Notes under the pieces: generated by a model
What the model was told of the DNA's origin: nothing
The model's input: the letters and a program-made list of their open reading frames with translations, nothing else
Databases searched by the model: none
Program-made: the position numbers and the translations under genes
Shown: positions 1 through 7,840 of the stretch, one piece after another
Layout of the letters: each line of letters begins with the position of its first letter
Position numbering within the stretch: position 1 is the first letter of the stretch
Assembly (NCBI GenBank): GCA_963977445.1
Contig: CAXBPH010000147.1
Location: 1-16,777 of the forward strand
Direction of reading: 5' to 3'
DNA: 16,777 bases
Source: an uncultured bacterium
GTDB taxonomy: Bacteria; Hydrogenedentota; Hydrogenedentia; Hydrogenedentales; JAEUWI01

Positions 1-202
1 GGTCATGTTTGCTTCAAGACGTGGTGCTGTCGGTGCAGTCCCCGGTCCCCCCGAGTGTGAATTGGCCCTCAGGGGGACGGCCCCGACGGTTGGATTCTTC
101 TCTCGTGGGGTTTGTTCGCATCTGGCACCAGGGAGTCAAGTTCGCTTCAAATCGTGGTGATGTCGGTGCAGTCCCCGGTCAGTCGACGGTTGGGTTTTCT
201 CT
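1..202 (+). repeat. Tandem array of repeat arm A: partial unit ending at 43, hairpin linker, full unit 73-176, start of another unit 184-202; continues beyond the window edge
   Basis: The unit GGGGACGGCCCCGAC...TGGCACCA...GCTTCAA...GTCGGTGCAGTCCCC matches copies at 1136-1239, 1268-1371 and ~1379-1471. Unit ends at 43 and 176 give a 133-nt period. Confidence 0.95.
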
Positions 203-209
203 GGCTCTT

Positions 210-815
210 CTATGGTTTTTCGCGTGGAAATCGGGGAAAGAATCGTCCCACACGGGCCATGTAGTTTTGATACGCCACGCCGAAGGTCCCGATGAGCCGT
301 GCCTCCTCCATGGGGGTTCGCCATGCGACGAAGGCCCAGAAGAGGGCCGCGAAGGCCGCCACGGCCATATTGCCCACGAGCAAACACACCCCGAGGGATT
401 CGACCATCCCACCCACATAAAGCGGATGACGGACCCATGCGAAGGGCCCCGTGGTCGTGAGGGTATGCCCTTCCCGGGTGACGATGGTGATGGTCAAATT
501 GTTACCGAGGTGGTGCATACCCCAGATGTGGAGGGCGGCGCCCAACGCCATGAGCACCGCGCCCATCCAACGCACCGCGACATGCAGTGGCAAAGCCGAC
601 CAATCCATCCAATGGGGATTCAAGAGGTATACCAAGACCGCCAACCCGTAGGCGACGTAGGAAACGCCGAGGGCCACGGTCAGAAGAATACCTTCCGCTC
701 GCCCTTGCAATTGATTTGCCCCCGCACCCGTCCGCTTCATATAGCGACGGCTGATACTGAGTTGACACGTCGCAATGAGGATAAGCGCAAGGCGGTAGGG
801 CCAGTCTATGAACAT
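210..815 (-). CDS. Isoprenylcysteine carboxyl methyltransferase / PEMT-family membrane methyltransferase
   Basis: Several hydrophobic helices and the motifs 'HLGNNLT...GHTLTTTGPFAWVRHPLYVG' and 'EEARLIGTFGVAYQNYMARVGRFFP', typical of the family. GAGGA lies 7 nt upstream of ATG 815; GTG 821 is the alternative start. Confidence 0.88.
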   Translation of the reverse strand: MFIDWPYRLALILIATCQLSISRRYMKRTGAGANQLQGRAEGILLTVALGVSYVAYGLAVLVYLLNPHWMDWSALPLHVAVRWMGAVLMALGAALHIWGMHHLGNNLTITIVTREGHTLTTTGPFAWVRHPLYVGGMVESLGVCLLVGNMAVAAFAALFWAFVAWRTPMEEARLIGTFGVAYQNYMARVGRFFPRFPREKP

Positions 816-832
816 GTTCACGTCCTCATTTT

Positions 833-976
833 GGTAGATTCAATCACCACGTGCAACGATGGCCGCTTGGAGGACCGAGTATGGTGTCCGGTCGTAAGGC
901 GGCATTCCGGGTCTATTGTTGAGCCTTTCTACGATGGCGTTCAAGGTGACGGCTTTGACGTTGGAGACAGCTGTTG
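833..976 (-). mobile_element. IS30-family remnant: terminal inverted repeat plus degenerate transposase C-terminus
   Basis: 833-858 GGTAGATTCAATCACCACGTGCAACG resembles the 26-bp IS30 end (recalled as TGTAGATTCAATTGGTCAACGCAACA). The minus strand reads 'VTLNAIVERLNNRP', then after a frameshift 'RTPYSVLQAAIVARGD*'. This matches the IS30 transposase tail 'LNNRPRK.L...TP.E', which runs into the IR. Confidence 0.8.
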
Positions 977-1485
977 GCTTCAAGACGTGGTGGTGTCGGG
1001 GCGTTCTCCGGGGACTGCACTGACCTGGAGTGCGTGGTGGTAGGGTGATGCCGTCTTGGTGCCGGGGAAGTCGTGGGTAAGCTGGGAGTCTTTTCAGGTC
1101 GGGGCCGTCCCCCCCGAGGGTGAATTGTCACTCAGGGGGACGGCCCCGACGGTTGGGGTTCTCTTTAGTGGGTTGCGATTGCATCTGGCACCACGGGGTC
1201 AAGTTTGCTTCAATACGTGGTGCTGTCGGTGCAGTCCCCGGTCCTCCCGAGGGTGATTGGCCCTCAGGGGGACGGCCCCGACGGTTGGGGTTTTCTTTCG
1301 ATGGTTGCGTTTGCCTCTGGCACCACGGGGTCGTGTTTGCTTCAATACGTGTTGGTGTCGGTGCAGTCCCCGGTCACCCGATGGTTGGGGTTTTCTTTCG
1401 TGGGGTTTGTTTGCCTCTGGCACCACGGGGTCCAGTTTGCTTCAAGACGTGGTGCTGTCGGTGCAGTCCCCGGTGTCCCCACGGT
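977..1485 (+). repeat. Composite array: degenerate A end (977-1009), arm B (1010-1112), linker, A (1136-1239), linker, A (1268-1371), 5'-truncated A (~1379-1471)
   Basis: Unit ends GTCGGTGCAGTCCCC at 1239, 1371 and 1471 give periods of 132 and 100. There is a perfect 16-bp IR at the B/A junction: GTCGGGGCCGTCCCCC (1098-1113) / GGGGGACGGCCCCGAC (1135-1150). Confidence 0.95.
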
Positions 1486-1580
1486 TGCGCTCCTGTCCCA
1501 TGTGCGATGGTGGCCGTCTCTTCGTTACACTCAGTGAGTTAACCCACTGTTTGAACACGTCTACCCCGGGAGCCCTGCGC

Positions 1581-4500
1581 GTGCGACTTAATCCATTGAA
1601 CGAAAATCGTGGCCTTGCGCTGTTCTTGTCTGTCTTTGTGCTGTTGGGCATGGGGGCGATGGCCGCCGAGGGCGATGGGCCCAATCTGCTCGCGAATCCT
1701 TCGTTTGAAGGGGCCGTGGGCGAGACGGGCTTTCCTGAGGCGTGGAGCACCTATGGCGGTCTCGATGGGCAGCGCAGGGTCACCGTGGTTGAGGGCAACA
1801 TCGATGGTGTCCATGTCCTTCGCCTCGAAGATGAGGACAGTCAGGGTGAAACGGGCCTTCGCCAGGAGGTACCGGCGGAAGGGGGATTGGCCTATATGGC
1901 TTCCGTCTCCGTCATGGCGCTGGACGAAGCGTCGCCGGGCGGCTCCTATCTTCAACTTCGTTTTTCCCCGTCGGGCGAATTTACCCAGCGCGCCTTGATA
2001 CCGGGGCTGGCGGGTGAGGCGGCAACAATCTCGGTGGGCAAGGTGGCACCGCCGGGCACCACGTCGGCCATGATCTATATCTATTCCCACAACGGGCCCA
2101 CGCCCAAAGTTATGGTGGACGAGGTCAAGCTTTACACGGTAGCGGCGTTGCCTGCGCTGATGGATTCGGCGGGGGCGGCCGTCGCGCCCGAAATTGGCTC
2201 GTTGAAACCCCTCTATCTGGAGACGGCGCTGGTGGCGGGTGGGGTGGCCGCACCGATTGTTGTGCCCGCGGACGGGCGTTATGACGGTGCGGCCAATCGC
2301 ATTGCCGATGCCATCGAAATCAGGACCGGCGTTCGGCCCGAATTGGTCCGGGACACCGCGTATGATGCCTCCTTGACCCTCGATACCCACGCCATCGTGC
2401 TGGGCAATCGCTCGACCAATAGTCTCATCGGCACCCTCTACGAGCGCTATTACACCCTCCTCGATCTGCGCTACCCCGGAGTCGGCGGCTATGTAGCCCG
2501 CACACTTCACAACCCCACGGGTAGCGGCAAGAATCTGGTCCTTCTTGGCGGCAGTGACGATAACGGCGTGGAGGGCGCAACAAACGTCTTTTCGCTCGTG
2601 ATTGGGAACGCCCCGCCGAGCGACGGTGAACTTACCATCGGCCGACTTATGGAAATCCAACTGGGGGATGAAGTTCAGGATTCTTTTGACACCGACCGCA
2701 TCCCAACCTGGGAAGATTCGGCGGGCTACGGCTCCATCGGTTATTTCGGGTGGAACAGCATCAGTAAGCACATGGCCCTCTACTACATGACGGGCAATCC
2801 CTTTCACGCGCGGGAGTTTATTCGCCTCGCCTTTCCCGACGAAAAGGCGAAGGCCGAGATCAGCGAAATCGACGGCGAGCGCATCGAAAACACGGACGCG
2901 CCCCTGAGCGGTCCCTATCACTACAACGCCCACATGATGATTCTCTACTGGGACCTCATTGAGGAGAGTCCGCTTTTCACCGACGAAGAGCGGCTCCGGG
3001 TGTGCAACGCCTTTGCGAAGCAACTAGAGCACCCCGGCATTAAGAGCGCCTATCTCGGGCCCTATGCGGCGACGCCCAGCGCGGTGGGCTCCCGTCATGG
3101 CCAGTGGACCGCCATCAGCCTCTACACCCTGGGCCGTTACTTCGCCAAAGATTACGATGATCCCATCTGGCCCGTGTGCGAAGAAAATGGCGCACTCCAC
3201 TTCAAATCCCTCCACGACCATGCGTGGGTAATTGGGGAGAGCGACAACCTCTTCTGGTACAACACGGCCACGGCACCCATCCTCACCTACATGATGCTCT
3301 CGGGAGACCGCGTGCCGCTGGAGAATGGCGTGTTGGCGACCTTGCTGCGGGGCCAGGAAGCCCTGCTCGCGGGTAAACAAAACGACTGGGCGTTGCGCTA
3401 TGGGTCTATCGGTTACTACCACAAGGCGGCCGACCTCACGGGCGATGGGCGCTGGCTCGACTATGTGGCCCATTCGGGCATCAGCCTCAAGCCCTTTCGC
3501 CTCGGTCAGTCCTATTGGCCCAAAGCGGACCTAACGCCAACCTTGCCGGTGGACCTCGTCGACAAATGGACCGTCCACCCCGTGCCCGAGGGGATGTGGC
3601 AGCAGCGTAAGAGCGGCTTGCCCCTCGAGGAATCCTTCCAGTTTGCGAGTTATCGCACGGCCGCCAATGCCACCGGTGATTTCATCTTGCTCGATGGCCT
3701 CAATGGGGCGTCCCGGAATCCCTACCACACCTTCGCCCTGTTGGAATTGCGACAGGACGGCGAAACCATCCTCGAAGGCTACCTCAACCAACTCCGCACC
3801 CGTGCCGATGGCCTCACCGAGCCGGTGGTGGCCATGGATGCGGCGTTGAAGAAAGTGGAGGTATTGGGCGACGTGGCTATCGCCGTGGCGGAAGTGCCCA
3901 ACATGCCCTACGCCAGTTGGAAGCGGACCATCGTCAGTAAGAAGGGGGCGTACACAGTCATAGCTGATGCAGTGACACCCCGAATCGATACGGATAACTT
4001 CGAGATCGAGCTTTCCTGGGAGACCAAGGCGAGCGATTGGAAAGTGGACCCCGCGTATTTCAGTCGTATCATGGCGACTAAGGCGGATGACCCTGCCAAG
4101 ACAGCGACGATTGCTTCATCACGCGTTATGAAGACTACAGTGAACGGCATGAACGCCACCATGAGCTGGGTGGGGCCCGTGAAGGCGGGGAAGACGGAGT
4201 ATGTCTACTCGGTGGTGGGGCGGGGAAGTGCAGATCCAGAAGATGGAGGCGTCTTTGCCGTAGAGCGTCTTGCCGCTGGTTTCCTGCGATCGCCGGAGGC
4301 AGCAAACATTGATTCGGGTTCCCATGGTCAGCGCCGTGAAGTCGAATTCATGCTATATGAGAAGGAATTTATTATTTGCTTGGGAGTCAGGCAACTGGAT
4401 GGCGTGTTCGAGTGGGACAACCCCGTCGATCTTTATTGGGACATGATATCTGGAGAACTCCACGTGAAAACAGAAGTAACTACGGCTATGAAGATTGTTG

Positions 4501-5879
4501 AAGGGAGTCGGGTAACGGTCCTTGCGCGTGAAACCCCGCCCGGCTCGAATTCGCCCAACGATAAAGGAAGTTGGACACTTGGGGTGGGCAGTCACCATCT
4601 AGCGGTGAATATCACCGACCCCAAGATAGCCACTAATGTTGTTGGGATTAGCCCCAAGCATGTCAACGAATCTGTACTAAAGAATGAGGAACTAAAGTCC
4701 AATCGTGAGTTCGCCGAGTCGTTGCCCCTCGTATCGAATTCAACCTATTATTGTGGCGAACCCGTGGTCGACCTCATCGCAATTCCCCATGACGACGGCC
4801 CCCTCATAGCGGCGGCCGCGGGCAAGACCATTCACCTCATCACCCCGGAGGGCACGCCCGTCCGCACGATGAATACCGACGGCCCCATCCGCATGCTCCG
4901 TTGGTGGCCGGAACATAAACTCCTCGTCGCGGGCTGTGCGGACGAAAAGGTCATCGCCTTCAACGAAGCGGGCGAACGGCAGTGGGAGTTCGTCAGTGAG
5001 ATGGACCCGGCGGTCTTCCGCGCCGCCAAGACCTACTGGTTCAAATCCGCGCCGGGACACGAGGGCATCCATGGCCTCCACACGGACGTCTTCCTCGATG
5101 GCAAGAGCCAGGCCTTTGTGGGAAGCGCGTGCACGCTGGAAATCATCGACGAGCACGGCCAGCTCATCAAGCGTATGCCCCAGTTCTGGGGGAAGGTGTC
5201 CCTCTTCAAGATAATCCCCACGGGCAGCGATACCCTGACCCTGCTGGCTGCCCGGAAATACAACGGCACCAACACGGTCGCCATGATCGACAACAAATCC
5301 CTCAACCCCGACGCCCGGGGCTTCTACGACGTGCCCAAAGGGCACACCTATATCGGCGGCTGGTCCAGCATGAACCGCCACCACCTTTTCTTCGAAGACT
5401 TCGACGGTGACGGCGAAAACGAGGTCATGTCCGAAATCAACGGCTCCTGGAACCGCGTCTCCGTGTGGGACACTTCCGGTGCGCCAAAATACGACGTGAG
5501 CTTCGGTCCCGGCGACCGCATCCCCGCGCTGAACATCCGCGACATGGACACCGCCGATCTCGATGGCGACGGCATGCCCGAGATACTCGTGGCCGAAAAG
5601 TCCGGGCTCGTGGTAGCCCTCACCGGAAAATGCGAACGGCTCTGGGGCGTGAATGTGGGCGGAGCGCCGGTGTTGATGAACGCCGTGACGCCTGCAGATG
5701 GTGGTGGGCCCGTGATTGTTGTGGCGTTGGAGGATGGGACGGTGAAGGTGCTGGATGGCACCGGGGCATTACTGAAACAAGGAAACGTGGAGGGCGAACC
5801 GGTGTGCCTTGAAAAGCTGGGTGATGGGCGCGTGGCGCTGGCACTGGATAGCGGCACCGTAGCAGTATTCAGGCTATAA
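1581..5879 (+). CDS. Large secreted multidomain protein (~1432 aa), probably carbohydrate-active: CBM4/9-like N-terminal domain, GH20/GH67-N-like domain, helical and beta region resembling heparinase II/III-type lyases, C-terminal FG-GAP-like beta-propeller
   Basis: GGGAG precedes GTG 1581. Signal peptide 'MRLNPLNENRGLALFLSVFVLLGMGAMA' is followed by 'NLLANPSFE', then 'IVVP...AANRIADAIEIRTGVRP...IVLGN', and near the end 'DFDGDGENEV' and 'DLDGDGMPEILVA'. The ORF-track start at 1257 lies inside the repeat array and was discarded. The coding call is secure; the domain labels are tentative. Confidence 0.75.
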   Translation: MRLNPLNENRGLALFLSVFVLLGMGAMAAEGDGPNLLANPSFEGAVGETGFPEAWSTYGGLDGQRRVTVVEGNIDGVHVLRLEDEDSQGETGLRQEVPAEGGLAYMASVSVMALDEASPGGSYLQLRFSPSGEFTQRALIPGLAGEAATISVGKVAPPGTTSAMIYIYSHNGPTPKVMVDEVKLYTVAALPALMDSAGAAVAPEIGSLKPLYLETALVAGGVAAPIVVPADGRYDGAANRIADAIEIRTGVRPELVRDTAYDASLTLDTHAIVLGNRSTNSLIGTLYERYYTLLDLRYPGVGGYVARTLHNPTGSGKNLVLLGGSDDNGVEGATNVFSLVIGNAPPSDGELTIGRLMEIQLGDEVQDSFDTDRIPTWEDSAGYGSIGYFGWNSISKHMALYYMTGNPFHAREFIRLAFPDEKAKAEISEIDGERIENTDAPLSGPYHYNAHMMILYWDLIEESPLFTDEERLRVCNAFAKQLEHPGIKSAYLGPYAATPSAVGSRHGQWTAISLYTLGRYFAKDYDDPIWPVCEENGALHFKSLHDHAWVIGESDNLFWYNTATAPILTYMMLSGDRVPLENGVLATLLRGQEALLAGKQNDWALRYGSIGYYHKAADLTGDGRWLDYVAHSGISLKPFRLGQSYWPKADLTPTLPVDLVDKWTVHPVPEGMWQQRKSGLPLEESFQFASYRTAANATGDFILLDGLNGASRNPYHTFALLELRQDGETILEGYLNQLRTRADGLTEPVVAMDAALKKVEVLGDVAIAVAEVPNMPYASWKRTIVSKKGAYTVIADAVTPRIDTDNFEIELSWETKASDWKVDPAYFSRIMATKADDPAKTATIASSRVMKTTVNGMNATMSWVGPVKAGKTEYVYSVVGRGSADPEDGGVFAVERLAAGFLRSPEAANIDSGSHGQRREVEFMLYEKEFIICLGVRQLDGVFEWDNPVDLYWDMISGELHVKTEVTTAMKIVEGSRVTVLARETPPGSNSPNDKGSWTLGVGSHHLAVNITDPKIATNVVGISPKHVNESVLKNEELKSNREFAESLPLVSNSTYYCGEPVVDLIAIPHDDGPLIAAAAGKTIHLITPEGTPVRTMNTDGPIRMLRWWPEHKLLVAGCADEKVIAFNEAGERQWEFVSEMDPAVFRAAKTYWFKSAPGHEGIHGLHTDVFLDGKSQAFVGSACTLEIIDEHGQLIKRMPQFWGKVSLFKIIPTGSDTLTLLAARKYNGTNTVAMIDNKSLNPDARGFYDVPKGHTYIGGWSSMNRHHLFFEDFDGDGENEVMSEINGSWNRVSVWDTSGAPKYDVSFGPGDRIPALNIRDMDTADLDGDGMPEILVAEKSGLVVALTGKCERLWGVNVGGAPVLMNAVTPADGGGPVIVVALEDGTVKVLDGTGALLKQGNVEGEPVCLEKLGDGRVALALDSGTVAVFRL

Positions 5880-5982
5880 GGTGTGGCGCATAGAATGAAT
5901 GACGTCCAACTTAGATCGACGGGAGGCCGAAACTAAGACGGTTTGTATCACAAAGGAGGAAGACATATCTGGACGGACCAAC

Positions 5983-6165
5983 AGGGGGTTGACCATTCCT
6001 GGTCGACACAAGGCCCTCATCAGTTTTCACAGGGCCCGTGATGTTGTTCAGGTGATGGGATGCTTGGAGGTGGTTACCCTTGGTATTCACCGTGTTTTGT
6101 GTTCGCCGGAGTGAGCCGGGGGTAATTCCGTGCGCGTTGTGTCGACCAGGAATGGTCAACCCCCT
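5983..6165. repeat. REP doublet / REPIN- or MITE-like element with perfect 29-bp inverted repeats and a 125-nt spacer
   Basis: AGGGGGTTGACCATTCCTGGTCGACACAA (5983-6011) is the exact reverse complement of 6137-6165. Each arm contains the hairpin GTTGACCA-TTCC-TGGTCGAC. Confidence 0.93.
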
Positions 6166-6248
6166 ATATCTCCCGTTCCCAAGCTCCGCTTCGCCCACGA
6201 TAAGGTCATCATTGCGAAAAAGCACCGACAACAGGAAGGACATAGAAC

Positions 6249-7430
6249 ATGCATCTCAATCGACGTGAATTCATTGCGGCGTCATCCGCCGTGGCCCTTG
6301 CCGCGACCGCAAATGGCCAAACGGAGAAGAAATACAAGGCCTGCATCATCGGGGACAGCAAGCTCGGCGGCTATGGCCATCAGATTCAGAATGCCTTCAA
6401 GTATCGAGATGACGTGGCTATCGTAGGCCTGGCAGACCCCGATGAGGCGGGCCGGGCGCGCTATGCCAACGGGGTGGGGGCCGAGCGGAGCTACGGCGAC
6501 TATCGGGAGATGCTGGAAAAGGAACGGCCTGATCTGGTGGCCATTGGGCCCCGCTGCACGGTGAATCATCGGGAGTATCTGCTGGCGTGTGCCGAGGTGG
6601 GGGCCCATGGCCTCATCGAGAAACCGCTCTGTGACAATTTGGCCGATGGCGACGCAATGGTGGCCGCCGTGGATGCGAAGAACCTGAAGTGGTCCATCGC
6701 CTACAACTTTCGCGGTATGTCGCTGCTGCAACATGCCCGGAAATTGATTCACGAGGACGGCCTTATCGGAACCGTGCTGGAAGCCCGTGCACGGGGCAAG
6801 GAAGATCATCGCGCCGGTGGGGAAGACCTGATTGTTCTCGGAACACACGTGCTCGACCTCATGCGCTTTCTCATGGATGGCTCGCCCCAGTGGTGCGCGG
6901 CCGATATCACCATGGAAGGACGGCCCGCGACGCCCGCCGATGTGCGGCAGCCTACCGAACCCCTCGGGCCCATCGTAGGCGACCGCGTTCACGCCATGTA
7001 TGGTTTTCCCGGCGGTGCCGTGGGCTACTTTGATTCCATGAAGAACCCCGACGGAAACGGCGGACGCTTCGGCATCGATATCTATGGCACCCGTGGCGTG
7101 ATTTCCGTGCGTGTGTTGAAAGGCGATTCCACGGTGGACGTGGGCTGGCTCGATGCGCCCAACTGGGCCCCTGTCGGGTCCGAAAGCGCTTGGAAACCTC
7201 TGCCCGAAATGCCCGTGACGGAACCGCCCATAGCCGCCGAGGCCCGAAACAGAATCATTGCCGACGACCTTATCGCCGCCATCGAGGAAGACCGTCGTCC
7301 CCATTTCAGCGTCCACGACGGCTTGGCCTCGTGGGAGATGATCCAGGCGGTGTTTGAATCCTGTGTGCAAGGGGGTCGCGTGGCACTGCCGCTGGCGGAG
7401 CGCACCCATCCCCTGAAGCGCTGGGAGTGA
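6249..7430 (+). CDS. Tat-exported Gfo/Idh/MocA-family oxidoreductase
   Basis: Twin-arginine signal 'LNRREFI...ANG'; motifs 'YGDYREMLEKERPDLVAI', 'IEKP', 'AYNFR' and 'LIVLGTHVLDLMRFL'; AGGA-rich RBS upstream. Confidence 0.92.
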   Translation: MHLNRREFIAASSAVALAATANGQTEKKYKACIIGDSKLGGYGHQIQNAFKYRDDVAIVGLADPDEAGRARYANGVGAERSYGDYREMLEKERPDLVAIGPRCTVNHREYLLACAEVGAHGLIEKPLCDNLADGDAMVAAVDAKNLKWSIAYNFRGMSLLQHARKLIHEDGLIGTVLEARARGKEDHRAGGEDLIVLGTHVLDLMRFLMDGSPQWCAADITMEGRPATPADVRQPTEPLGPIVGDRVHAMYGFPGGAVGYFDSMKNPDGNGGRFGIDIYGTRGVISVRVLKGDSTVDVGWLDAPNWAPVGSESAWKPLPEMPVTEPPIAAEARNRIIADDLIAAIEEDRRPHFSVHDGLASWEMIQAVFESCVQGGRVALPLAERTHPLKRWE

Positions 7431-7570
7431 GGGCGAGCCAGGGAGCTTGCGCGTGGAGGGATGACGTTCCGACGACATACCCCGCAGGGCCATCCACGCG
7501 ACCGTGATCTGTGCCACGCGATTAGGCCCCGCCTATTCGTGTGCGTGGAGCAAGGTACTATGCCGTGCCT

Positions 7571-7704
7571 GTGAATGAGTACTATTTCGAGCGTGTGCCC
7601 CGGACAAGAACGAGTGGCTCAAGCGCGAACGAAATAACTTCTTGATGACGGTGATTCCCGGCAGAAAAGCGACAAAGATGTATTTGTCTGAAAAGGACTC
7701 CTGA
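7571..7704 (+). pseudogene. BrnT-like type II toxin remnant (frameshift plus internal deletion)
   Basis: GTG 7571 reads 'MNEYYFE'. After a frameshift near 7591-7600 the sequence reads 'PDKNEWLKRERNNFLMTVIPGRKATKMYLSEKDS*'. This joins the family's N-terminal 'KNEWLK.ER' motif directly to its C-terminal 'FLKT.IPSRKATK.YL' motif, so the middle is missing. Confidence 0.78.
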
Positions 7705-7705
7705 T

Positions 7706-7840
7706 ATGAACTATGACCAGGAAGAACAAGCGATACTGCAGGCGCTCGAAGACGACCGGTTGGCGCTCAGGAAGCCGGACGAAGCCGAGCTGGCCCTTTT
7801 TAAGGCTGCTGCCACCAGCACGTTAAAAACAGGGGGTTAG
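7706..7840 (+). pseudogene. Truncated cognate antitoxin (N-terminal ~41 aa; C-terminal RHH/CopG-like part missing)
   Basis: The ATG lies 1 nt after the toxin stop, with AAGGA upstream. 'MNYDQEEQAILQALEDDRLALRKPDEAELALFKAAATSTLK' resembles 'D.EE.EIL...E.......AA..TLKK' antitoxins. It then runs into the REP arm (TGG*) instead of the usual 'RINIRL...YQTLI' tail. Confidence 0.72.

Noticed and set aside
1186..1200. Sigma54 promoter suggested by the conserved TGGCAC in arm A
   Set aside because: There is no TTGC at the required -12 spacing.
977..1485. CRISPR array interpretation of the recurring GTCGGTGCAGTCCCCGG motif
   Set aside because: The intervening sequences are homologous to one another rather than unique spacers, periods are 100-133 nt, and no cas genes are present.
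1..1485. Integron attC cassette array
   Set aside because: GTTRRRY-like words occur, but I see no complementary RYYYAAC box closing the hairpins. Units are tandem without genes between them, and no integrase is present.
9..1580. ORFs 9..1043, 1056..1256, 1120..1542, 1199..1426, 1205..1537 and the 1257-1580 extension of the large ORF
   Set aside because: They are translations of stop-poor repeat DNA or antisense to the methyltransferase. The signal peptide and RBS place the real start at 1581.
5899..6268. Small ORFs 5899..6114, 5911..6243 and 6080..6268
   Set aside because: They run through the REP doublet (the repeated peptide 'RGLTIPGRH' is just the inverted repeat) and show no family motifs.
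7450..7500. 8-bp IR CGCGTGGA/TCCACGCG after the oxidoreductase as a terminator
   Set aside because: The loop is long (35 nt) and no T tract follows, so support is weak.
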